Shown: positions 9,500-21,358 of the stretch, piece by piece
Layout: each line of letters opens with the position of its first letter
Numbering within the stretch: the stretch's first letter is position 1
Assembly (NCBI GenBank): GCA_016181935.1
Contig: JACOYI010000002.1
Location: 1 to 58,215, forward strand
Direction of reading: 5' to 3'
DNA: 58,215 nucleotides
Source of the DNA: Candidatus Niyogibacteria bacterium
GTDB taxonomy: Bacteria; Patescibacteriota; Minisyncoccia; HO2-45-28
Notes under the pieces: model-generated
What the model was told of the DNA's origin: nothing
The model's database searches: none
Seen by the model: the letters and a program-made list of their open reading frames with translations, nothing else
Position numbers and translations under genes: made by a program

Positions 9500-9506
9500 G
9501 GCTGGT

Positions 9507-11537
9507 TTGAGCGCCCCAACCAAACAATTCCATACGCTTCTCATTGCCGGGCTTACCCCCCATTTTCTGGAAAAGCCCGTTTTGTGGTGGGCGGGTACTG
9601 AAAAGGAAATTCTCGCAAAACGCGCGCTGACCCCGCTTTGGCGCGATAACACGGTCGTCATTGAAACCAGCGCTTTGCTCAAGCAAAGCGAATTTTTGCG
9701 CACGCTCGCCGACTTGGGATATGAAAAAGTTTCAGGGGCGCTCTTCCCCGGCACCTTCAAGCATCTGGGCTCGACCATTCTTGTCTACCCCATCAATCAT
9801 GCGCATCCGTATTCCGTTGATTTTCTGGGTTCGGTCATCGAATCCATTGAAGAACGTGTGGATGTCGAGCGGGGCGCCCTTGGTCCGAAGGGCTCCCCTT
9901 CGGGAACCCAAGGGGGAGCCCTTCGGGAATTCCGCGATGGCGATTATGTCGTCCACATCGACCATGGTATTGGCATTTTCCGCGGCATTGTTGAATCGCG
10001 GGGCGAGCCGTATTTCAAAATCGAATATGCTGGCGCTCATGATGGGGGCGAACCGGATACGCTTTTGGTGCCGGTTTCGGAAAAGAAACTTGGCTCGACG
10101 TCAGGCGGCCGGCTCGACCCGTATGTCGGCCTTGAGCGTCCGCGCATCCATCGCCTCGGAACGCAACTCTGGGCGAACACGAAACGAAAAGCAAAAGAAG
10201 ATATCATCGCATTCGCAAAATCGCTCATCCGCCTGTACCGGACGCGCACGGCGATCACGCGCCCGCCTTCGCGTGGCTGTAGCCCGCTTCGGCGAGGCGA
10301 AAGCCCGCCTTATGACGCCGACCCGCTCGAAAAAGAAATTTGGGACGCGTTCGAGCACGAATTGACCGCGAGCCAATCGCGGGCGCTCGATGAAATTTTT
10401 GCAGATCTCGCAAAACCCCGGCCCATGGAACGCTTGCTCGCGGGCGATGTCGGATTCGGCAAGACCGAATTAGCGCTCCGCGCCGCGCTCCGTGTGGCGA
10501 TGAATGGCAAGCAAGTGGCGCTCCTCGTGCCCACTACCGTGCTCGCGGACCAGCATTTCCAGACATTCGGCGAACGCCTGAAACGAACGCCGCTCTCGGT
10601 CGCGGTCGCCACGCGCCTGCAATCTGACAGCGCGAACCGCCGGACATTTGCGGGCGTTGCGAGCGGACAGGTCGACATCATCATCGGCACGCACCGGATG
10701 TTCTCCGGCGATGTCGCATTCAAAAATCTGGGGCTCCTCATCATCGACGAGGAACAGCGATTCGGCGTGCGCCACAAGGAACATTTCAAGGAAAAATATC
10801 CCGCCATCGACATTTTGACGCTTAGCGCGACCCCCATCCCGCGAACGCTCGCGTTTTCGCTCGCGGGCGTGCGTCCCTTCTCCCAAATAGAAGAGGCGCC
10901 CCGCGGTCGCAAGGCGCCTCTCACGCACGTTCTACCCTTTTCAAAAAAGCTGGTCAAGGAAGCGCTCGCATATGAACACACGCGTGGCGGGCAGGCGTAT
11001 TATCTCGCAAGCCGCATCCACACCATTCCGAAAACGCTCGAACTTCTGGCAAAGCTCGCCCCGCGCGCAACATGCGCCGCCATTCACGGCCGGATGCCAG
11101 AAAAAGACATCCTTGCGGCTATGCGCCGCTTCCGTCGGAAGGACATCGATGTTCTCGTCTCGACCACTATCATCGAGAATGGCCTCGATATTTCCTCCGC
11201 CAATACGCTCATTGCGGAAGACGCAACGCGCTTGGGACTCGCCCAAGCGCATCAACTCCGCGGCCGCGTGGGCAGAGGCGAACATCAGGCGTTCGCCTAT
11301 TTTCTCTATCCCACGGGACGCCTCACGGAGGATGCGGAAAAACGGCTTGAATACTTGATGGAATTTTCGGAGCTCGGCGCGGGGCTTGAGATCGCAAAAC
11401 GCGACTTGGAACTCCGCGGCGCAGGGAATATTTTAGGGCGCGACCAATCCGGCGTCGCGGGCCGCATCGGCTGGAACCTGTATTTTCAGTTTGTGAACGA
11501 GGCGATCGGGGAAATGGAGGGGCTGTTGGATGTTTAA
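9507..11537 (+). CDS. mfd: Transcription-repair coupling factor Mfd, shortened
   Basis: GDYVVHIDHGIG (CarD-like RID), GDVGFGKTE, DEEQRFG, SATPIPRTL, QLRGRVGR, DLELRGAGNILG. Confidence 0.93.
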   Translation: MSAPTKQFHTLLIAGLTPHFLEKPVLWWAGTEKEILAKRALTPLWRDNTVVIETSALLKQSEFLRTLADLGYEKVSGALFPGTFKHLGSTILVYPINHAHPYSVDFLGSVIESIEERVDVERGALGPKGSPSGTQGGALREFRDGDYVVHIDHGIGIFRGIVESRGEPYFKIEYAGAHDGGEPDTLLVPVSEKKLGSTSGGRLDPYVGLERPRIHRLGTQLWANTKRKAKEDIIAFAKSLIRLYRTRTAITRPPSRGCSPLRRGESPPYDADPLEKEIWDAFEHELTASQSRALDEIFADLAKPRPMERLLAGDVGFGKTELALRAALRVAMNGKQVALLVPTTVLADQHFQTFGERLKRTPLSVAVATRLQSDSANRRTFAGVASGQVDIIIGTHRMFSGDVAFKNLGLLIIDEEQRFGVRHKEHFKEKYPAIDILTLSATPIPRTLAFSLAGVRPFSQIEEAPRGRKAPLTHVLPFSKKLVKEALAYEHTRGGQAYYLASRIHTIPKTLELLAKLAPRATCAAIHGRMPEKDILAAMRRFRRKDIDVLVSTTIIENGLDISSANTLIAEDATRLGLAQAHQLRGRVGRGEHQAFAYFLYPTGRLTEDAEKRLEYLMEFSELGAGLEIAKRDLELRGAGNILGRDQSGVAGRIGWNLYFQFVNEAIGEMEGLLDV

Positions 11538-11637
11538 ATTCCAAAAAAGACCCGACCCCCTTTGCAGGGGGCCGGTAATATCTATTAGTGCCAAGATATA
11601 CCCTATCACCATAGAAGTCAATAGGGGGTGTGAATAG

Positions 11638-12082
11638 CTATTTTAGCCTTTCTAGTTTATCCCTCAAATCATCTAAAAACGTATAATTGCATCGAGGATT
11701 TTGCATAGCGAACATTTTTAATTCCCACGCAAGACCGCTTCTAAACGAATAAATATGAATATACTTATTATAGTTGTGCCGATATATTTCAAATCTTTTT
11801 TAACGACATTATAGCCAATACCGCCCACAAAATCGAGAAACTTTCTATGTCTTACTGCTCTGGTAATATACGGCTCACGTTTCGCTTGAATATCTTGACA
11901 CGCATAAAAATTATAAAAAACTGGCGAATGCTCGGACTTAAGAAGGTCGCGCAATTTTACAAAATCAATATCATAATTAATCCGCCTTTCTGTTTCGGCG
12001 TCTGTCATTTTGACCTGCCAAAATAAATTAGAAAAATCAACAAATACGCCCGCTCTTCCGTCGTTGGTTTTTTGCCAGACAT
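11638..12082 (-). pseudogene. Degraded NYN-domain (LabA/DUF88-like) nuclease gene
   Basis: GVFVDFSNL..., GYNVVKK and, in another frame, YIHIYSF..LAWELK..YTFLDDL; central catalytic block missing; low GC. Confidence 0.6.
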
Positions 12083-12107
12083 TTTATAACATTACACCCT
12101 TAACTTA

Positions 12108-13241
12108 TTACCCCTTTTTCTCCTCCCCCAGATACGCCAATGTCATCTTCTTCTCTTTCGGATTGAACAAGGTGATCTGGAACGGATACGTTTTGCCGAG
12201 TTCCACTTTTTCGCGCATGTCTTTTTCCGAGCCGAATTCCGAAATATGCACGAGTCCGGCCACGCCTTCCTCCGCGCTCACGAGCACCCCGTACCGATTG
12301 ATGCGGATGACCACGCCCTCCACAATATCCCCTTTCTTATATTTATCCTTGATTTTGTCCCACGGATCGGGTTCGAGCGCTTTGATGGAGAGCGAAATTT
12401 TGCCGTTCTCGATGGCGATGATCTTTGCTTTCGCGCGGTCGCCTACCTTAAACATCGTGCGCGGATCCTCCACCAGCGACCACGACAATTCCGAAATATG
12501 CGCCAATCCTTCGAGCCCTTCCTCCAATTTGATGAACACGCCAAAATCCACGACACCCGTGATGTCGCCTTCGATGGTGTCGCCAACCGCATATTTTGCG
12601 AGCACTTCTTTGACCTCATCGGTCTGGATCTCTTTTTCCGAGAAAATAAGTTTTTCCTCCGCTTGATTGGCCGTGATGATGGTGACCGCCAAGGTCTCGC
12701 CCACCAGTTTTTTCAATTCCTCCAAAATCTTTTCTTTGTCGCCGCCTTCCACGCGCGGGTAGTGGACCGAGCGCAGTTGCGATGCCGGAAGAAATCCCTG
12801 AATGCCTTCCCATTCGAGCACCAACCCGCCCTTGTTCGCTTCTTTTACCTTGATCAAAAGCGGCGTGCGTTTTTCCGCGAGCTCCTGCGCTTCGCGCCAA
12901 ACGATCTCCTGTCCCGCTTCCTTAAGCGAAAGTTCCGCATAGCCATCCTCGTTTTCAAGCTCGATGATTTTTGCGGTGATGCGGTCTCCGGCGCGGAGAT
13001 TGCGCGCCATGTCTTTGGCCTGTATCAATTCGCGGCCATACACGATCCCCGTACTCCAACCCAGATCGATGTAGAGCGCCGCCCCTTTGCGGCCGAGCAC
13101 CACGCCATCCACAAAATCGCCGGTCTTCGGAAACCCGGCAGGCGCCAGTTTGAATAACTGCTCCATCGCCGAAGGCGGCGGTCCGCCGGCTGGCGGATCG
13201 AGAACGGCATTTGAAGCTCCATTTTCCGTGGTTTGTTCCAT
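12108..13241 (-). CDS. rpsA: 30S ribosomal protein S1 (4 S1 domains)
   Basis: NKGGL, GFLPASQL, FGVFI..EGLAHISELSW; TTGCCA-16-TATAAT 7 nt before ATG 13241. Confidence 0.93.
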   Translation of the reverse strand: MEQTTENGASNAVLDPPAGGPPPSAMEQLFKLAPAGFPKTGDFVDGVVLGRKGAALYIDLGWSTGIVYGRELIQAKDMARNLRAGDRITAKIIELENEDGYAELSLKEAGQEIVWREAQELAEKRTPLLIKVKEANKGGLVLEWEGIQGFLPASQLRSVHYPRVEGGDKEKILEELKKLVGETLAVTIITANQAEEKLIFSEKEIQTDEVKEVLAKYAVGDTIEGDITGVVDFGVFIKLEEGLEGLAHISELSWSLVEDPRTMFKVGDRAKAKIIAIENGKISLSIKALEPDPWDKIKDKYKKGDIVEGVVIRINRYGVLVSAEEGVAGLVHISEFGSEKDMREKVELGKTYPFQITLFNPKEKKMTLAYLGEEKKG

Positions 13242-13303
13242 AGGGAGGATTATACCCGCAAAACAACGAATGGCAAGATTTTGGACGCTTCGCGTCCAAA
13301 ACA

Positions 13304-13332
13304 TTGACGACATACATTTATCGTTGTATGCT
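13304..13332 (+). promoter_or_regulatory. sigma70-like promoter of the 13395 gene
   Basis: TTGACG-17-TATGCT. Confidence 0.6.
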
Positions 13333-13394
13333 TGATTTTAACGCTGAATGGTCAGCGAGGAAGTTCTTTTCCAGCCAAAGCATAAGGAGAAGCG

Positions 13395-13763
13395 ATGAAA
13401 ACCATCCTAGTGTTCGTGGCGCTCATCGGATTCCTCTGGAGTTCGCTGGCGGGCGCGAATCCGTTCTGCATCTCTTGCGACATCAAGCTGGCCGGCCAGC
13501 CTGTCGAGGTCGCACCTCCGCAAGGGCCCATCACCCCGATCGATCCGTGCACCGTCACGAAATGTGGAGCCGATGCTAGCGCCCAGCAGTGTCAGCCCAT
13601 CGAAGGCGAGGTTTTGGAAAATCTCGTCTACCCGGACTGGGGGAAAACCCCCGCCGCTCCTGTCGGCCCGCCCACCGAGGTTGCGCCTCCCATGCGCTAC
13701 GCGCCCGGACCCATGCCTATTGAGGTTCCTTGTTGCCCCAAGAATCCCATGTACGACTTCTAG
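13395..13763 (+). CDS. Secreted Cys/Pro-rich hypothetical protein
   Basis: TAAGGAG SD, signal peptide, 7 Cys, EVAPP repeats. Confidence 0.7.
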   Translation: MKTILVFVALIGFLWSSLAGANPFCISCDIKLAGQPVEVAPPQGPITPIDPCTVTKCGADASAQQCQPIEGEVLENLVYPDWGKTPAAPVGPPTEVAPPMRYAPGPMPIEVPCCPKNPMYDF

Positions 13764-13813
13764 TCGAACACCGCCGCGCTCCCGCAAGGGACCGCGGCAA
13801 TTTTTAATCAAAG

Positions 13814-13862
13814 GACCCCGAGGGTAGTCCTTTTCCGGTTCCTAAGGACTACCCTCGGGGTC
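13814..13862. repeat. REP-like palindrome, family P
   Basis: gaccccgagggtagtcctt...aaggactaccctcggggtc. Confidence 0.85.
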
Positions 13863-13909
13863 GCCCTTAACGATTTTCAACAAAAGGCCGCCCAAACGAA
13901 GGGCGGCGA

Positions 13910-14137
13910 TCATTGAAACGGTTCTTCCAGTACGTCGAGCTCTTCATACGGACTCGAGACCCGAACCTTCTGTCGTCGCCGAACGAACTGATCCGGAAGT
14001 TGCTGGATAAGGCCGCCGCGCGCTTTGTAAACCCGAATGGCCTTGCTTACTTCGTCGTGGGTCACGGACACCTTCTTCGGCCCCGGCTTCCCGTTCTTTT
14101 CGCGCTTCCGGCTTGGATTGAACGATGTCGTTTTCAT
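13910..14137 (-). CDS. Small basic protein, possibly SutA-like RNA-polymerase-binding
   Basis: AGGAGG SD, TTGACA-16-TATGCT promoter (14197-14170), motif SKAIRVYKARGGLIQQLP. Confidence 0.6.
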   Translation of the reverse strand: MKTTSFNPSRKREKNGKPGPKKVSVTHDEVSKAIRVYKARGGLIQQLPDQFVRRRQKVRVSSPYEELDVLEEPFQ

Positions 14138-14258
14138 ACCCCCTCCTGTTTCTTGAAAATCTGCTCTTGAGCATAGACCGATTCATATATTTGTCAATCT
14201 CCTGATGCTTTTTTCGGGATTTTCGGGGGTTGATTTTCGACCCAAAATCAGCTAAGCT

Positions 14259-14295
14259 AAGGGTAGTCCTGCGGGTCAGAAAAGGACTACCCTTT
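14259..14295. repeat. REP-like palindrome, family P
   Basis: 37 bp identical to 993-1029. Confidence 0.85.
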
Positions 14296-14298
14296 ATT

Positions 14299-14931
14299 AT
14301 GGTCATCACCTATTACGGCTTGTCGTGCTTCAAGGTGAGCTCCGGGGATTTCACCTTGGCGTTCGACCCTCCTTCGAGAAAATCGGCTCTCAAATCCCCC
14401 CGTTTCCAAGCGGACGTTGTTTTCATTTCCCATAACCACGATAACCATTCGGGCTACGATGTCATTTCGGAAAAAGACGGAAAAGCGCCGCTAAAGATCG
14501 ACGGGCCCGGCGAATACGAAACCCGCGGCATTCCGATCCAGGGAATTCTTTCGTGGCACGATGCCGACGGCGGCAAGGAGCATGGCTCGAATACGGTCTA
14601 TACCGCGGAACTCGAAACTATCCGTCTCTGCCATTTGGGCGATTTTGGAGAGCGGGAACTTCGCACGGAAACGCAGGAGGCCATCGGCGCCGTGGATATT
14701 CTGTTCATTCCCGTCGGAGGCGGTACCGTGATGGATGCCCAAACCGCCGCCGCGATCGCCGCCCGCCTCGAACCCCGTATCATCCTCCCCATGCATTACG
14801 ATAAAAGCGCGCTCGATGCGTTTTTAAAAGAGATCGGCGCCGAAGGAGCCGCAGATGACAAATTGACGATCAAAAAAAAGGAATTGCCGGAAGATAAAAC
14901 CGCGGTCCGCGTGTTAAGACCGAGCATTTGA
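14299..14931 (+). CDS. MBL-fold metallo-hydrolase
   Basis: ITYYGLSCF, SHNHDNH, HLGD, PMHY. Confidence 0.9.
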   Translation: MVITYYGLSCFKVSSGDFTLAFDPPSRKSALKSPRFQADVVFISHNHDNHSGYDVISEKDGKAPLKIDGPGEYETRGIPIQGILSWHDADGGKEHGSNTVYTAELETIRLCHLGDFGERELRTETQEAIGAVDILFIPVGGGTVMDAQTAAAIAARLEPRIILPMHYDKSALDAFLKEIGAEGAADDKLTIKKKELPEDKTAVRVLRPSI

Positions 14932-14932
14932 T

Positions 14933-15181
14933 ATGACACTCCTCGATTCCATCGAACGCTTACAGCAAAAACCGCGAGCCGTGCGCCTGCGGATTCTTGC
15001 GGTTTCGGTCGCCGCGATCATGGCAGCGGTCATTTTCGTCTGGGCCGCGAATCTTTCGTCAACGCTTCATGCCGACGAGCAAGCGCTCGATGATTCCATC
15101 CGCCCGTTTACGATGCTTCGCGATCTGATAGCAAACAGTTTCGGGAACGCCCGCGACCAATTAAAAAATCTTTCATTCTGA
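14933..15181 (+). CDS. Hypothetical single-TM protein
   Basis: Tightly packed ORF before gyrA with one TM helix. Confidence 0.75.
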   Translation: MTLLDSIERLQQKPRAVRLRILAVSVAAIMAAVIFVWAANLSSTLHADEQALDDSIRPFTMLRDLIANSFGNARDQLKNLSF

Positions 15182-15193
15182 TCTTTTCTTAAC

Positions 15194-17644
<2,451 letters not shown>

Positions 17645-17649
17645 ATTTA

Positions 17650-17859
17650 AAAGCGCGAAGTAAGATCTTTGAGAGCGAATTGCGGAGAAGTTCTGAAAAT
17701 GAAAGAGTTTTGAAGCGAAATTAGCGGTCGGAAAATCCCGACCGGAGCAAAGCGCAGGGAGGGAGGAACGGGAACCGCGTTAAGATTTCGCGCACAAAAC
17801 GACTATCATTTTCGAGCTTCGAAGCACCTTCGCGGCGCAAAGATCTTACGAAGCGCTTT
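17650..17859. repeat. 210-bp long bulged hairpin (MITE or structured RNA)
   Basis: Successive paired blocks aaagcgc/gcgcttt, gtaagatctttg/caaagatcttac, gaaaatga/tcattttc, gttttg/caaaac, gcgaaat/atttcgc. Confidence 0.7.
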
Positions 17860-17869
17860 CATCAATGCG

Positions 17870-18397
17870 ATGCCTTTTTTAAACCCAGAAAACGTCATTA
17901 AAGCGATCGGGGTCGACACCGGCATGGTCGTCGCCGATTTCGGCGCAGGCGCCGGTTTTTACACGATCCCCTTGGCGCGCGCCGTGGGGCCAACCGGCAA
18001 AGTATACGCGCTCGATGTTCAAAAATCGGTACTCGAGGTCGTCCGGTCCAAGGCAAAGCAGGAGCGCCTATTGAATATCAATCCTATCTGGGCGGACCTC
18101 GATTCGCGGGGCGGCTCGCATTTGGCCGACGGGAGCGTCCATGTCGTCCTTATTTCCAATATCCTGTTCCAAACCGACAACAAAAAAGAAATGCTTGCGG
18201 AGGCGTTCCGCGTTTTGGAGCCGCGAGGCAAGATCGCGCTCATTGACTGGGCCCTTTCCGCGCGCGGAGGACCGCCGACAGAGCGCGTTCTGAAAAAAGA
18301 TGCTGCAGAGACATTGCTTGAAGAAACCGGTTTCCGGCGCTTGAATGAATTTTCCGCGGGGGACGCCCATTATGGGCTTCTCTATCAAAAACCTTAA
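17870..18397 (+). CDS. Class I SAM-dependent methyltransferase
   Basis: VADFGAGAG, VYALDV. Confidence 0.9.
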   Translation: MPFLNPENVIKAIGVDTGMVVADFGAGAGFYTIPLARAVGPTGKVYALDVQKSVLEVVRSKAKQERLLNINPIWADLDSRGGSHLADGSVHVVLISNILFQTDNKKEMLAEAFRVLEPRGKIALIDWALSARGGPPTERVLKKDAAETLLEETGFRRLNEFSAGDAHYGLLYQKP

Positions 18398-19684
18398 ATG
18401 AAAATCCAATACGTCGTCATCGCGGTTTCTCTCGTGCTTGCCGTCGTTGCGCTCCTTTTGTTTACGGGCGTCATTCCCGGATTTCGTTCGGGTTCTGGCG
18501 GTCAATCAGGCGAGATCACGCTCTGGGGGCCGCTCCCGCAAGCGTATTTTGCGCCGGCGCTCTCTGATTTTCATAACCGGTTCAAGAACATCCGCATCAC
18601 CTACCGCGAAATGCGCCCAGACACTTATATCGAGGAACTCGTGGATGCGTTCGCATCTTCACGCGGTCCGGATGTTTTTCTTCTGCCGCATGACCAGATC
18701 GAAAAACAAAAGGAGCGCGTTTTTGTCCTGACGTCCGATATTTATCCGCTTCGGGCATTCCGCGACGGATTCCTGGATTCGGGCGATATTTTCACCTCTC
18801 CGGAAGGGATTGCAGCGCTTCCTTTTTATACCGATCCCTTGGTTCTCTACTGGAACCGCGATCTTTTTCAGAGCGCGGGCATTGCCCAGCCGCCCGCGTC
18901 GTGGGACGCATTTTCGGCATTAGCCGCGAAACTCAAAATTTCAAACGGTGTTGCGATCACGCAAGCAGGCGCGGCGCTCGGCGAATTCCAGAATATTTCC
19001 AATGCCAAAGATATTCTGGCGCTCCTGATGCTTCAGACCGGAAATCCGATCGTGGACCGCGCGACCCGCAAGGCCGTTTTTGCGGAGCGCGAGGACGGTT
19101 TGACGGCGGGCGAAGACGCGGTGCTTTTTTTCAATAATTTTTCCGATCCCCGCAAGACCACCTACACATGGAACCGAACGCTTCCCTCGGCGCGCGACAT
19201 GTTCGGCGCGGGGCAACTCGCGATGTATGTGGGATTCGCCTCCGACCTCGACGCGATCTTAGCACGTAATCCTCACCTGAATTTTGATATCGCCGAAGTC
19301 CCGCAGATCGCAGGCGGCCGCGTCAAAGCGACCTATGCCAAAAGCTACGGCCTTGCGGTCTCCAAACAAAGCCGGCTCGCGGCCGTGGCGCTCACCGTGA
19401 TCTACGACCTCACGAGTTTTAATCAGCAAAAACTTCTTGCGGATACGGGCGTAACGCCGCCGGTGCTGCGAACGCTCCTTTCCAATCCGCCGGAAAATCC
19501 GGTGGAGGAAACATTCTACGCATCCGCGATTCGCGCGCGGACGTGGCTCGATCCCGATCCGGAACGCACCCGCTCGATTTTCCAAGAAATGGCGGGCTCG
19601 GTTTTATCCGGTGCGGCGCGCCTCGACGCGGCGGTCCGCAACGCCCAAAATCAAATCAATGCGCTCTTCCTTCAAACTCAATAG
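18398..19684 (+). CDS. Extracellular solute-binding protein (family 1, membrane-anchored)
   Basis: N-terminal TM, GPDVF, ALPFYTDPLVLYWNRDLF, FGAGQLAMYVG. Confidence 0.88.
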   Translation: MKIQYVVIAVSLVLAVVALLLFTGVIPGFRSGSGGQSGEITLWGPLPQAYFAPALSDFHNRFKNIRITYREMRPDTYIEELVDAFASSRGPDVFLLPHDQIEKQKERVFVLTSDIYPLRAFRDGFLDSGDIFTSPEGIAALPFYTDPLVLYWNRDLFQSAGIAQPPASWDAFSALAAKLKISNGVAITQAGAALGEFQNISNAKDILALLMLQTGNPIVDRATRKAVFAEREDGLTAGEDAVLFFNNFSDPRKTTYTWNRTLPSARDMFGAGQLAMYVGFASDLDAILARNPHLNFDIAEVPQIAGGRVKATYAKSYGLAVSKQSRLAAVALTVIYDLTSFNQQKLLADTGVTPPVLRTLLSNPPENPVEETFYASAIRARTWLDPDPERTRSIFQEMAGSVLSGAARLDAAVRNAQNQINALFLQTQ

Positions 19685-19838
19685 AACTCATTTCAAAACC
19701 GTTAATCGGAACGAGCGCATGCTGCGAGTAGGATTCTCGGAGCGCGACGGCGCGAGAGTAAGCCGATTCTTCAGCAGAAGAATACGACGTGCCTACTCGC
19801 AGCATGCGCGAGAGAAGAAAGGTTTTGAAATGAGTTCT
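19683..19838. mobile_element. 156-bp MITE-like element, family A copy 1
   Basis: TIR agaactcatttcaaaacc/ggttttgaaatgagttct; internal IR; second copy at 27950-28105. Confidence 0.85.
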
Positions 19839-20225
19839 GCCATTATACTGGGGTTGGCGCTCCTTACTATACTTTTTCCTTTGGCAACGAATGCGGCAAT
19901 GGGACCGCTCGTCATTTGCGGAAATCCGGGTCAACCCGCTTGCACCCCGTGCCATCTCATTCAAATGGCAAACACCATCACCAATTTCCTTTTCACTTAT
20001 ATTGTCTTACCGCTCATGGCTGTAGGCATCCTTGCTTCCGGCATCACGATTTTGACCGCCGGCGGTTCTGCGGGACAAGTCGAGAAGGGAAAAAAGGCGC
20101 TCTGGAATCTGGGCATCGGCTTCTTGATCGCGGCAACCGCATGGGTCCTGATCAACACGCTCCTCGGCAATTTGGTCGATACGGGTTATAATTTCCTTAC
20201 CCAAAAGTTTCCGGGATGCCCATGA
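19830..20225 (+). CDS. VirB2/TrbC-like (CPR) pilin 1, Cys-containing
   Basis: Signal, PLVICG..PACTPC, TM-AGG..VEKGKK-TM. Confidence 0.75.
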   Translation: MSSAIILGLALLTILFPLATNAAMGPLVICGNPGQPACTPCHLIQMANTITNFLFTYIVLPLMAVGILASGITILTAGGSAGQVEKGKKALWNLGIGFLIAATAWVLINTLLGNLVDTGYNFLTQKFPGCP

Positions 20226-20596
20226 GCCAACTTATCCACACCCTCAAAAGCCGGCTTTTGCTTAAAACCCTCGCCTTCCCTATAGTGAATCTAGGATTGG
20301 GAGTGCCATTGGCATTGGCTCAAAGCGTAACACTTGATAACCCACTGAAGTTCAACACCTTCTCAGCGATCATCCAAGAGATCGCCAAGATCGTGACCAT
20401 GGTGGGGCTCCCTGTTATCGCTCTTTTTATCGTCTATGCGGGCTTTTTGTATGTGACCGCGCGCGGCAACGAAACCAAAGTGAAAAAAGCGCATGACACG
20501 CTCCTCTGGACCGTTGTCGGCGCCGCCATCATCGTGGGCGCCTATGCCATCGCGACCGCGATCGAGAAGTTCGCCCAAAGTTTAAGCGCTCCTTGA
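20222..20596 (+). CDS. VirB2/TrbC-like pilin 2
   Basis: LDNPL, YAGFLYVTARGNETKVKKAH..LLWTVVG. Confidence 0.8.
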   Translation: MSQLIHTLKSRLLLKTLAFPIVNLGLGVPLALAQSVTLDNPLKFNTFSAIIQEIAKIVTMVGLPVIALFIVYAGFLYVTARGNETKVKKAHDTLLWTVVGAAIIVGAYAIATAIEKFAQSLSAP

Positions 20597-20641
20597 GATA
20601 AAAAATTATCAGTTAAATTATTTAATTTATTTAATCGCGGT

Positions 20642-20986
20642 ATGAAAAATATCTACAAAATCCTTGCGGCGGGCGCCTTCGTCGTCCCCGTCCTTGCCGG
20701 CGCACAAGCCGGAACCATTCCAGGGCTTTTAGCAACTTTCACCTCGCTCATCAACGCGGTCATTCCAGTCATCATCGCGCTTGCAGGACTGGTCTTCCTT
20801 TGGGGTGTGTTTAAATTCATAACAGCGGCCGGCGATGAAAAAGCGCGCGATGCAGGCCGCCAATACATCATCTGGGGTCTTGTGGGGTTGGTTATTATGT
20901 TCGCATTCTGGGGACTGGTGCGGATCCTTATCACCACATTCGGATTGCAAACCGGACCGAGCGGCCTAACGCCCCCCACTCTCTAA
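20642..20986 (+). CDS. VirB2/TrbC-like pilin 3
   Basis: FLWGVFKFITAAGDEKARDAGRQYIIWGLVG. Confidence 0.8.
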   Translation: MKNIYKILAAGAFVVPVLAGAQAGTIPGLLATFTSLINAVIPVIIALAGLVFLWGVFKFITAAGDEKARDAGRQYIIWGLVGLVIMFAFWGLVRILITTFGLQTGPSGLTPPTL

Positions 20987-21004
20987 CGGCGACAGTAAAA
21001 ATCC

Positions 21005-21355
21005 ATGAAATTGCGGCGCATTCTTACGGCTTTTGTCGGGTTAGCGGCGCCGCTTTTCGTATTTTCGGCTGATATCTCGACCATCATCGGCAATGTCGAG
21101 GATCTCATCAATCGTGCTGTCGGCGTTCTCATTGCAATCGCCGGCTTAGTATTCCTTTGGGGCGTTTTTAAATTCGTATCCGCGGCCGGAGATGAAAAAG
21201 CGCGGACAACCGGCCGGCAATTTATCATCTGGGGGCTTATCGGGCTTACCGTCATGTTTGCATTCTGGGGACTCGTAAATGTCTTGATTACCTTTCTCAT
21301 CGGCGGGCCGGCCCAGCCGGGCGGCGGACTTACGGTTCCAAAAGTAACTCGATAG
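21005..21355 (+). CDS. VirB2/TrbC-like pilin 4
   Basis: Paralog of pilin 3. Confidence 0.8.
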   Translation: MKLRRILTAFVGLAAPLFVFSADISTIIGNVEDLINRAVGVLIAIAGLVFLWGVFKFVSAAGDEKARTTGRQFIIWGLIGLTVMFAFWGLVNVLITFLIGGPAQPGGGLTVPKVTR

Positions 21356-21358
21356 AAC

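Noticed and set aside
13467-13481. CISC as a heme c site
   Set aside because: Followed by Asp, not His.
17650-17859. SRP RNA, tmRNA or RNase P call
   Set aside because: No diagnostic conserved motifs recognised.
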